Source: Gekko japonicus
Lineage: Eukaryota
Direction: 5' to 3'
NCBI RefSeq assembly: GCF_001447785.1
Contig: NW_015172553.1
Coordinates: 3,153,731 to 3,217,730 of the forward strand
Length of the DNA stretch: 64,000 nucleotides
Below are positions 1-10,500 of this stretch, piece by piece (the stretch's first letter is position 1; every line of letters begins with the position of its first letter). A program made the position numbers and the translations under genes. The notes under the pieces are model-generated. The model made no database searches. It saw only the letters and a program-made list of their open reading frames with translations, and was not told where the DNA came from.

Positions 1-87
1 TCTCTGGAAGGCTGCAGTTGGGAACAGAATGCTAGCTGCTTAGCTAAGACCCTTGAATCTGGTCCAGCGAGGCCATACATATTGATG

Positions 88-498
88 CTCTCTAGTGCGT
101 GCCTAAAATTAAAAACAACAACATACAAACCTGACTTACCCAAACTTTCCAAGGAGATGCAAGGCCATTGTTCACATTAGTGTTTGTCATGTTTTATTTT
201 GTCATGATTTAATTTTATGGATACTTTGGACATATAGAGGGGATGAACCAAAGGAGACGAAGCAAGTATACAAGACGAGTGTGGATGGGAGAGTTGGAAG
301 GGGTCGACCTCAGCGAATGTACCTCAATCAGATTGAGGACATTTTTAGCAAAGGCCAGTTTAGGAGTACCCTAATTAAGTTAATAACAATGTACCTACCT
401 ATATAGTTTAAGTTTAAAAAATTTGGCTCTCAAAATAAATTTCGATCGTTGTACTGTTGATATTTGGCTCTCTTGACTAATGAGTTTGCCCACCACTG
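88..498 (+). mobile_element. 3' fragment of a hAT (Charlie/Buster-type) DNA transposon: transposase C-terminus plus right TIR
   Basis: 88-180 reads LSSACLKLKTTTYKPDLPKLSKEMQGHCSH*, the typical ...CL.L..T.Y.PD...L....Q.H.SH* end of Charlie-type transposases. The element ends at ...GAGTTTGCCCACCACTG (TIR CAGTGGTGGGCAAACTC on the - strand). The left part is not present. Confidence 0.8.
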
Positions 499-670
499 AA
501 CTATGGCAACACCCACCCAGTCAGACAATGACAGCCAATGATGGCCCTGTGACACACACAGTGGCACACACAGGAGCAGCCGGTGACTGTCCACCAATCC
601 ACCCAGTGCCTCTCAGCACAACTTCCTCCCCCACAGACAGCCAGTGGACAAGGAGGGAAGCTCTACCAAC

Positions 671-790
671 AGAGCCAGCATGGTGTAGTGGTTAAGAGTG
701 ACGTTCAACCCCACACTCCTCCACATGAAGCCACCTGGGTGACCTTGGGTCACTCACAGCTCGTTCAGAGGTCTCTCAGCTCAAAAAAAT
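671..790 (+). mobile_element. tRNA-derived SINE (Squam3-like), truncated
   Basis: Head AGAGCCAGCATGGTGTAGTGGTTAAGAG and body CCCCACACTCCTCCACATG...GTGACCTTGGGTCA, shared with copies at 12686-12966, 44228-44463 and 46597-46842. Confidence 0.6.
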
Positions 791-1273
791 ATGTCTAGCT
801 CACCACCTAGCTAGAGCTTGAACCTCAGGCTGCCAGACAATATTAGGATCTCCTGGATATACTACACACCATGTCATACAATAATAATTATTATAAGAGC
901 AACCCCAATGGAGGCATGGCCTGAGCATCCACACACACACACACCCAGGCCATCAAGGAAGAGCACTCATGTGGCAGACCAGATGCCCACCTTTTCCGCA
1001 ACAAGACCCTGACAGGCAGCAAGAGTGCTGCCCACTCACAGTCATCCCTGCTCTGAGCCATACACACCCTTGCCCTAAAAAGGCAAAAGCAAAAAGACAG
1101 AGGCCAGGTGTGAACCCACAGCTCCCACACCAAAAAACAGCATCCTAACCATTGGGCCAAGAGAGTCTGTTCGAAGGAGGCATGACAGCAGGTGTTAGAC
1201 ACGCCTTTGCATCCCTGACATCAGCCACGTGGGGCCAGGCAGAGTCCATTGCACAGACAGGCATGCCTCAGTG

Positions 1274-1503
1274 GTAGCATTGCTAGGTCCTCCCGGCCAC
1301 TGGCGGGGGGGGGGGGGGGGGGTAAAGTGGCCATCTCCAGGTTAGAAAACTCCTGGAGATTTGGGAATAGAGCCTGGGGGAGACAGGGACGTCAGTGGGG
1401 TACAGTGCCATGGAGTCCACCCTCCAAAGCATCCATTTTCTCCAGGGGAGACGAGCTGTAATTCCAGGGGATTCCTAGGTCCCACCTGGAGGCTGGCACC
1501 CCT
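1274..1503. mobile_element. hAT MITE (TAGGGTTGCC TIR family), degenerate
   Basis: Body is the reverse complement of the 24171-24389 copy (CTCCACCCTCCAAAGC, TTTTCTCCAGGGGA, CCCACCTGGAGGCTGGCACCC). Confidence 0.55.
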
Positions 1504-2949
1504 GCTCAGTGGAAAGGCACTGGGATAGCACGGGCAGGGCTTCCTGGTTCGATTCCCACACGGGGAGAGGTCAGAGGCAGGCAAAAGCCTGGGAGCTCAT
1601 GCTGTGCCCCTGCAAAATCCAAAAGGGGGAATGGGAGAGCACAGCTGATAAGCTGCCCTGGAGACCCGTCATTTTAACATGCTCCGTAACCCCTCTATCC
1701 TGCACCCATGGCGGCAGCAGCTCCCTTGCATCCACCCCAGGCCACCTGCACCTGAACTACCAAGCTGCACAGCTTATGTCAGCATTGCTGTGGAGGAGTG
1801 TGGGACCCCCTCCCCACGTTACAGCAGCCACACATACCCTAGGTACACCCACCAGCCCATTCCCTGTGCAAGCTACACACAGCAGCTAGCAGAACATGTG
1901 TGGGGAAAGGGCTGGGGACCAATAGGTGGAGTCACCCTTCAGGATGCCCCCGGACCCGTTGTTATGCCACTGAACAAAATAGAGGTCCAGGCGCCCCAGA
2001 AAAAAACAATGATCCCAGCGTGAGCATGCCTCAGTCAGAGGCCACCCTCTCAGATATATGAAGGGGAAGCCCTAAGGGGAAGTCATGGGGGCGGGGTTGA
2101 GAAGGTAGGGCAGGGAGGGGTGTGGAGCTGCTTTCGTTCTCTCACAAACCAACAGACAGGGACAGAGTTGTAGCACACCCCAGACTTTATTGAGCAGGAA
2201 ATCACAAACAGGGCCAATGATTTGGCTTGCCAAAGAATTGGGCTGCCCGCTCCCCTTGTCCAGTAAGGCAGTTGTGCCTTTGTGATCTGCTCCCAGGGGC
2301 CCCAAGGAGATAGATGCTAGGGGAGTCCTGAAAAGCTACTGCAACCTCCCCCCCCCCACCTCCAAGATCTATCTGGGAGAGAAGATAATCATTTAAGACT
2401 ATGGCCTGGTGGAATAGGCGGCTTTAACAAAACCTGAGCACCGCATGGATGGGAGTGAGGCAGACTTGCTGGCCAAAATGCTGCCCGAGGCAGGGTGCTC
2501 CAGGAGCTGGGCTGGAAATGGTGACTGAGCAGACTGGCAGGGACTGTACTGGTCATGTTCCCAGGTCTCTGTATTGACTTGCCGCCTGCACAGATGCTAA
2601 ACAGAAACATGTGCAGAGATGGTTTTGATCTGCTGGAAGGTCCTTTTCTCCTTTGGTTGCCAAGATCTTGGCTTTGTGTAACGATCAAGATGGAAAAAAG
2701 TAAAAGTCGGATCTACATGGATCCTCAGTACCATCAATATTCACATCCCCACTTAACACAAAGGTAATTAATAGTCCATAGGTCAGTCATTCTCTGAGAG
2801 TAACCAACTCCACAGGTTTGTTGTACTAAAATCAGAACATAGTTTTCCGTCCAGAGCTCTTCGCCCAGCAATGCTAGCTTCCTATCGCTTCCAAAAAGCT
2901 TCATTAAGTAGATACTGAAACAAGAAACGTACAAGCAAAATAAATATCA

Positions 2950-3830
2950 AAGATTCACGTTCGCTTCAGGGTCTAACGGTGACAGTCACTTCATGGTGAA
3001 AGCACCAGGATCGCTCTGGGCACCAAACTGGCTGCGGTCTTACAAGAACCACCGTACTCCTACTTCAAAACGACCATTAAGCTGTTCCGAATTCGTTCAA
3101 CCGCCTCGCTCTACGTCTACCGAACTCATACTTTATAAGATTGCCCCGTTTGAGCATCCGTCGCTTTGACTCGGCAAGCCGGGGGGGGGGCGAGGAGCGT
3201 CAAAAATATACAGGAAGTAGCACCTGTTTCTGACTGCGCATGCGCGTTTCCCTTATGGCCTTTCTAGCTGTAGCGTAAGTGTAGGACTCAGCCACCACCC
3301 CCGACGCGCCGCGTGGCCTTGGGGGGGTGGAGCTGCGTTTGCGCAGGAAGAGGCGGCGGGCAGTCATGGCGGGCGACGGACACTCCGGGCTGCCGGTGGG
3401 GACGGCTGTAGCGGTCGTGTGCTTGGTCGTGCAGTTGGTGGGCCGCGGGGCGCATGCGCTGTACTTCCACATAGGGGAGACCGAGAAGCGCTGCTTCATC
3501 GAGGAAATCCCAGATGAGACGATGGTCATCGGTGAGAGGCGGTGGGCGGCGGCATGGAGGGAAAGGCCGCGGCTCCGGTTCTAGTAAAGACACTGACCCT
3601 GTCTCCCTTCGTCCTCCTCACCAGGTAATTACCGGACGCAGCTGTGGGACAAGCAGACCGAGACTTTCCTTCCGTCCACGCCGGGGCTGGGCATGTTCGT
3701 GGAAGTCAAGGACCCCGATAAGAAGGTAACGAGCTACCCCTGCCGCCCAGTTGCCTTATCCTCGCCCGTCATTTTGTGCAGCGTGTCTGATGCTGGCGGA
3801 GGGTGAGTGCGGGGAGGAAGAGAGACGTCC
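2950..3830 (+). promoter_or_regulatory. CpG-island promoter of TMED4 with NRF1 and ETS motifs
   Basis: CpG-dense stretch over exons 1-2. NRF1-type TGCGCATGCGCG at 3235-3246 and ETS CAGGAAGT at 3211-3218, upstream of the ATG at 3366. Confidence 0.7.
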
Positions 3831-5602
3831 TGGGAACACCGACTTCCCCTTGGCTTCTCTCCTGCCCCCACCCCATTTCTTGTTCTGAATCATTTTTTTC
3901 TTTTTTAAAATATGTGTGCACCTGGAAGTCAAGGCGACCTCTGGTGACTGACCCCTACTGGGGTCCTGGAGGATATTCAGAGAGGTGGCTGAATAAAGCC
4001 TGCCTCTGTCCTCCCTACTGCTGGTACCCCAGGAGGTCTCCCATCCAAGTACTTGCCAGAGTTGACCCTACTTAGCTTCCAAGATCTGACGTGATCGGAC
4101 TTGCCTGGCCTATCCAGGTCAGGGCGTTCTGAATCATTTTTCCTTTCCCATGAGAACGGCCAATGGGAGGCATAATGAAGGAGCCTGGTCAGCAATGCTG
4201 AAGTGGTAGACAGTCTTCCTTGGGAATTTCGCACTCACACCCTGGCCCTCTTTCCTTGGGTTGTAGCAGGTGCCTGGACCCTGCTGTAGAGGAGAGTGTT
4301 TTTTAGCCTAGTTAACTTGTGATTTTGATTCTTTCTGATGGTTGCTATTCCAGGTGGTTCTGTCCAGGCAGTATGGCTCTGAGGGCCGCTTCACTTTCAC
4401 GTCACACACCCATGGAGAGCATCAGATCTGCCTCCACTCCAACTCCACTCGCATGGCGCTTTTTGCAGGGGGCAAATTGGTAAGCCAGTTTCCTGTCTTT
4501 TGGCATCACGTGCCCTAGTCTTGTTTTTGGGGGTTCTCTGACACTCCACAGCTTGGAGTGGCTGGCCTCCTCACTTATCCTTGTTTATAGCAAGAGAAGT
4601 GCTTGTCAAATGTGAGGAAGAGACACTGGTGGATATTTCCAGACCTTCTCTTCCATCTCCTGGCTTGCTTTCTGTCTCTCTGTGGCTCTCAAGGCATCAT
4701 TTTCTCAGCAAACGAGATGGAAGTGAGGAGAGAGCTCAGGCAAGGGTGAAAAAGCTGGGCCAGGGACTTGTTTGAATTCTTAGGGTGTGCTACTGTGTTT
4801 TATGGGCCACTGTCTCATTTGCCATGTTCTGTGTCCAGCGAGTACACTTGGATATCCAAGTTGGGGAGCACACCAATAACTATCCTGAGATTGCAGCAAA
4901 GGACAAGCTGACGGAGCTGCAGTTAAGAGCGAGACAGCTTCTGGACCAGGTGGAACAGATCCAGAAGGAGCAGAACTACCAAAGGGTAAGGTGCTCTTTG
5001 AGCCTTATTCAGGTTAAAGAAAAACCTTTCAGACTGTCTCAATAACAACAAATAGCTGGGATTTTATCTTGTAATTTGTGGCATGCCAGAGGATGTTCAG
5101 CCAAGAAGTGGTGCAAGAGTAAAGCAACAGCAGAAGAGGGTGGGTGTCAGACCTTTCTCCTTGGGGTAGGGGTGTTTCAGCTACTGTTAAACGTGATGTT
5201 TGTGGGAAAGTGGTGAAAGGCCATAATGACACATGGGGTGACTGCAAGGAACCAGGGTGAGAGGAATGGCGAGCTTGCTTTGGAAAGGAATGTCTTGGTA
5301 TTTGGGGGGGTGTTGAAAGAAGCCCCATGTTTGGGAGGGGGGAGTTACTCATGCCCCAGGTATGTAAATAAGGAAACTGAACTGTGCCTGTGGGGGAGGG
5401 CAAAACCAGAGCAATCATGTTTCTGATTCTTAACATTGTGTCCATTTTGCAGTACCGAGAAGAGAGATTCCGCATGACCAGCGAAAGCACCAACCAGCGG
5501 GTTTTGTGGTGGTCCATTGCCCAGACTATCATCCTCATCCTCACTGGTGTTTGGCAGATGAGACACCTCAAAAGCTTCTTTGAGGCCAAAAAACTGGTAT
5601 AA
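3366..5602 (+). CDS. TMED4: Transmembrane emp24 domain-containing protein 4 (p24 alpha, GOLD domain), 229 aa, 5 exons
   Basis: Exons 3366-3531, 3625-3725, 4354-4479, 4839-4985, 5453-5602; all introns GT-AG; 690 nt total. Contains signal peptide, [66 protein letters not shown] and the C-terminal FFEAKKLV retrieval motif. Syntenic with DDX56/NPC1L1. Candidate polyA signals: ATTAAA 5629, AATAAA 6489. Confidence 0.95.
3898..4125 (-). mobile_element. 5S rRNA-derived SINE (SINE3 / 5S-Sauria-like) in TMED4 intron 2
   Basis: Minus strand has GATCTTGGAAGCTAAGTAGGGTC...AGTACTTGGATGGGAGACC (5S internal control region) followed by a non-5S tail. 16-bp TSD GTTCTGAATCATTTTT at 3882-3897 and 4126-4141. Confidence 0.8.
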
Positions 5603-7711
5603 ACACTTAAGGCAACACAAGTGCTTTTATTAAAATGTCTCACTGTCCTTCTCCAACTTCCACGGAACTCATCTTTGCCCTTTGGAATCAGAAAGATAAA
5701 ACAGAATGTGAACATACCAGGACTCATGCTCCCTCTGCAAGGATACCCTTCCTGTGGAAGCCTCCAGCTTGCTCCTTGCTCTGTTAGAGCAAAGAAATTG
5801 GTGTTGGGGGTTGTATTTGGGACCTTTGGGGTGGGAACAGAATTTTGGTACTTGCAGATATTAGGCAGAGGATGCTGTCTTGGAGAGGCTTGGGAGTGAG
5901 ATTCTTAAGATTCCCCCCCCCCAAAAAAAAAATCTCCTTGCTTTTTCCTTGTCCTGAGTGTGGGGTTGGCAGGTTCTGTCTCTGCAGTGGTTTGGTTGGC
6001 ATGGAGAAGAAAGGGAGAAATTAAGTTTATACTTGTGTTTTGATATGCATGGGGGGGCAATAGCAGTTGTCAAAGTCTTTCAGTTCTGTCTCTTTAGTAA
6101 CAGGAGCAAATGTTACTGACCCACATCCCCTCCTGATGCAATGTCATCAGCTCACCTACTCTCAGCAGCAGAGAATGCACTGCTTCTGTATGCCTTGGTT
6201 TCCTCAACACAGTCTGAAAGGTAACTTTGTCTTGGGGTCAACAATAGATGCTAGTTGTGGGACAGCAGATTTAGCAGTCTCATTTTTCCCTCAGAGCCTG
6301 ACATACAGTGCACATAGAAGTGTGAGAAGTTCCACAGCACTTAGCATGGCAGCAGTTAACTGTGGAGTTTCCTAGAGTTTTTGGGAAGAGGTGGCTGTAT
6401 GTACCTGCTATTAATGAAGAAAGCAACCCTGGGCCTTTAAAATACAGAAAATGTGCAGTTGAATAGTTGTCCTTTACCACCCACCTTAAATAAATGAATT
6501 TATGGCTTCCCTTTGTTTGGGAGGAAAATATTCTGGTTTTGGACAGTCTTTCCTTGTCCTTTCAGACATTTTGTTAATGATGTTAATCTTTATGATTGTA
6601 CACAGAGAACAGATAAGAACATGCTTTGGCTATTGTTCTTGGTATCAGAAACTTAAGCCCAGAGAAATCCTCAGTTCCTTCTGAAGAGGATGGGTGAATC
6701 CTAAATAGTAGGATTAACAGTATAAGCTCCCAAGGCTCCTCCCTTGGGCTGACACTGCAGGTAGGTGAAGAAGTAATTGTTTATGGGGGAAATCTTTTGT
6801 TTTAAAAGATGGTTAACTGCCAAAAATAGCACATGTGGCAGCGTAGCAGTTAGCAGTGCATGAAAACAATATAATTGATCCAGCCTTCACCTTATCTGGT
6901 CATCAAAGCCCTACTGCCTCAAAGGTCAGATGAGGGGGACAAACAAGGAGCCTTCTGCATGCTTAAAGGCTGAATCCCCTACAATGCTTTCGGATATCAT
7001 TTTGTAGCAGAAAGCCGCTTCCAGCTTGTGAAAGAAAGGCCAAGCACTGTTGAGGCAGCTCCCTCTAGACTTCTCTTCAGTGGCTCTTGTCATCATCTTT
7101 GTTCATTTAGACTATTTCTTTGCCTCCTTTACAGAGAAACCTGCTCACTGAGGCTTACAAAGTAAAGCAGAATAAACATATGCAAGTTATTATTATTTTT
7201 TAAAAAGCCAAGATCACAAAACAAGTTTAACAAGTTGCATGAGACAGTTCTTAAGCTCAAAGAAGAAGGTTTTTAAAAGATCAACTGCTTAAAATCCTGA
7301 GTAAAAAGAAATGTAGGGTCAGAGCCAGGCAAGTTTCAAGAGGGATGGTATTCTACAGGTCCTGTTTCTGGTCATCACAGCCCTCCATTCTGAAGAGAGG
7401 GAGACAGGCTGGTCTAGCTCATCACATTAAAACATCACATCTAAATATTAATGACAAATGAACATTACTAAAAGGTGGTAAGAAAAGCAAGGACACAAAC
7501 AGAAGAGACCACTGTGCGTTGTCACATCAAAGTATTATCTGTAGTCTTTTGAAAGTCTGTGCCATGCCAAGTACATTGGGGAGGCTACTGCACAAAAAAA
7601 CCCTATCTGAAAGGGTGGTGGACAGAGCAGTGCTTCTGATACCGGTTTCAACTTGCAAGCAAGTCATATAGGATCAGACAGTCCCATACCTGGCCCTGGA
7701 CTATTTAGAAA

Positions 7712-7925
7712 ATGAAGAGATTGGATTTATGCCCCACCCTTCACTCGGTGTCTCAGAGCAGTTTACAATCTCTTTCACTTCCCCTCCCCACAAGAGACAC
7801 CCTGTGAGGTAGGTGGGACTGAGAGCTTTCTCATGAACTGTCCTTAAGAGAACAGCTCTGAAAGAACTTATGACTGACCCAAGGTCACACCAGCAGCTGC
7901 ACGTGGAGGAGTGGGGAATCAGCTG
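7712..7925 (-). mobile_element. tRNA-derived SINE (Squam3-like), 5'-truncated
   Basis: Near-collinear with 12686-12966. Confidence 0.7.
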
Positions 7926-8602
7926 CACTCATAACCAGGACTCAAACCTGGAAAAAAGGTGGCAGTCAGTGAAGTTCTTTCAAGTCTGGTGAATTGACCC
8001 TATGCCAGGCCAGTCTTTTGAACCACTGGAAAAGGCCTCAAGGGGAGCTTTACCTAGAATGCATTTCAGTAATCTAATAACTGTGATGCAATTCTGTGTT
8101 TGTACTGAATCAGCATCTAGGTGCTGCTACCCAGTGGATGCAGCAGAACAAAGTGAAATTGGCTCTGGATAAGGTAGATGGTGGACTGCAGAGATGATGT
8201 TATAGGGAACAGATCTTCCTGTTTAAGATGAGATATGGCAGTGGAATTTTGTGCCTTTGTGGAAAGCTGGAGTCACAATTACCATCAGGCAAAAGAGCCA
8301 CATAATTACTATATGCCCATATACCACCCCCAAGCATGTGCATCATTTTAACACTAAATATATAACTTTTTAAATTACCAAAGTACCTCATGAGAGCTTA
8401 TGTCTTCCCACCGCTGTTGAAACGTAGCCCTTCTGTAGTTGGAGGGAGGGGAAGGAAGTGCTCTGCCTTCTTGCTCTCTTTTTAGCATGCAATCAGCAGG
8501 GCACCTGGATGGCAGTAAGCTGGCTGTGGAGAAAGGGGAGTAACACCACTACCTCATTGCAGCCAGCTTGCCCTTCTCCTAGCAGCCAGGATGAGTGCAG
8601 AG

Positions 8603-8804
8603 CAATGCTCCCTCTAAGCTGTGGCGTCTTGTGAGCAAAAATTCTACTTTGTGAGCTACTGGCGTTACAGCTGTGAACGAACAATTTGGCTACTGAATAA
8701 ATTAGTTTGCTCTGGAGTCATCCTTCCTGAGCTAAGACAAAAATGTGTGAGCCGGAGGCTAAAAAACAGCTAGCTCACACTCACTCAGCTTAGAGGGAAC
8801 ACTG
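8603..8804. mobile_element. hAT MITE (CAGTGTTCCCTCTAAGCTG TIR family)
   Basis: TIRs CAATGCTCCCTCTAAGCTG / CAGCTTAGAGGGAACACTG. 8-bp TSD GTGCAGAG at 8595-8602 and 8805-8812. Sibling copy at 60932-61135. Confidence 0.85.
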
Positions 8805-9349
8805 GTGCAGAGCCTGTGGAGAAGGGGGGAGGGTTGTCAGGAATGAGCCCTTCCTACCCTCGCTGCAGCAGCTGTTTCAAGGTGTGGATCATAAGCCCTA
8901 CCAAGCGAGCAGTGGTCTCTACTTTCCTGCAATGGGGCAGGTGCCACCCTAGGGAATGGTGCTCAGAAAAGCCACTAGCATCCAGGGTATCTAAACAGCT
9001 AAAACAATCTTGGGCTGATTGTGGAAGTTTTTGAAAAGATGGTAGAGGTTATTTGGTTAAGTAAACCTTTTTCAGATGGATATGATCAGAAAATTCTACC
9101 TTGTGCGCTTGATCAATCTGGCCATACACTTGTAATGTGTCTGATGCAGGGGCTACCCTGAAATAGATAACGTGGCCACTTCGGCTGATAGACAATGCGG
9201 CTTTACCTCTGTAAAGAACTATAGGACTGTAGAAGCATAACAGCAGTGGAATAGCGATCCATGACCGATCTACTTCCACGTCCAGTTCAGCGTGCTTTGC
9301 TAGCGATTACCTTTTAGAGCCCTTCCTATCCTGGGAACTGCGTATCTGA

Positions 9350-10500
9350 AGAGTAGCGACAAGACGCTGCCCAAAATTCTCTGTGGAGGAGTCCTATTCG
9401 CTTTGCATTTTTAGTCGCCACAGCAACCCAGGCCTTTTCTTGCGTTCCGGGGGCGGGGGGGTTGTTTCTGGTGATCTTTGGTGACTTCTCTAGCGGTTTT
9501 TATGCTGGGGTATAACACTGATCTTGCTATAAACGGGAATTAGCCGTGAAAGCATTTCCTTGAAGTGTAATGCAAGAACAGCCCCTCTTGCTTGCTCACA
9601 GAAACCCCGGGAGTGGGGCTGAGGAACCACAGTCCACGAAGCAAGAAACTCTGTCTCCCTAACACAGCCGCAACCGCTGCACGGCCTTGGCGCCGTTCTC
9701 AAAAGACCAATCCCGTACATGCCGCTTCAGCAGCCAGTACGCCCTTTTGCCAGACAACTGGGCCGGCATGGTCCTCCCGCAGCCAGAGGGCGCTAGGGTC
9801 GCTCTGGACGCCGAACTTTAATAACTCTCCGGTACTGGAGAAGGTCTGTGCGCAGGCGCAAGCCACCAGTCGGACGCGGCGACGTGATCATGGAGGACGC
9901 CGAGCTGAGTTTCGCCCACATGGGGCTGGATGCGCGGCTCTTACAGGTATCGTGGTAGGATCTGGGGTCCGATCTCCCTTCCATAGACGGGGGCTCCTCC
10001 GACCCGTGCATGTGATGCTCCCCTCCTTCCATTCTTTCACTAGGCTGTAGCAGAGCTGGGTTGGGCCAAACCCACGGCAGTGCAGGAGGCTGCCATCCCG
10101 CTGGCCCTGGAAGGCAAAGACTTGTTGTGCCGCGCCAAGACTGGCTCCGGCAAGACGGGGGCCTACGCCTTGCCCCTTCTCCAGCGCCTGTTGAACGCCA
10201 AAATGGTGAGGATAAGGGGAAGGGAAGAGGGAGGAGAAGAGCCCCGTGCCCTGCCTCGTGCATCCCTCCTATCCTTTTTTGGTCTGTTTCTTCTCCCGCA
10301 GGCGCCCACGGTGTCCGCGCAGGTGGTGCGCGTGTTGGTCCTGGTGCCTACCCGCGAGCTGGGCCGGCAAGTAGTGCGCATGCTGCGCCAGCTGGCCGCA
10401 CACTGTGCCCGTCACGCGCGCTTCGCTGACGTTTCGGGCTCGGATGACATGTCTGCGCAGAGGTGAGGGCAGCGGGTGCTTGCTGGTTGATAGGCAACGC
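9350..10500 (+). promoter_or_regulatory. CpG-island promoter of DDX56 with NRF1 motif
   Basis: CpG-dense over exons 1-3. TGCGCAGGCGCA at 9849-9860, about 30 nt upstream of the ATG. Confidence 0.7.

Noticed and set aside
4020-4125. Functional 5S rRNA gene
   Set aside because: Diverged 5' end, non-5S tail and TSD show it is a SINE.
5029-5727. 232-aa antisense ORF over TMED4 intron 4 / exon 5
   Set aside because: No recognisable domain; it is a shadow of the sense exon plus intron sequence.
9180-9546. Possible old palindromic element upstream of DDX56
   Set aside because: The inverted similarity is too weak to establish by eye.
9947-10043. DDX56 intron 1 donor GTATCG as a possible U12 intron
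   Set aside because: It lacks the GTATCCTT donor and a CCTTAAC branch site.
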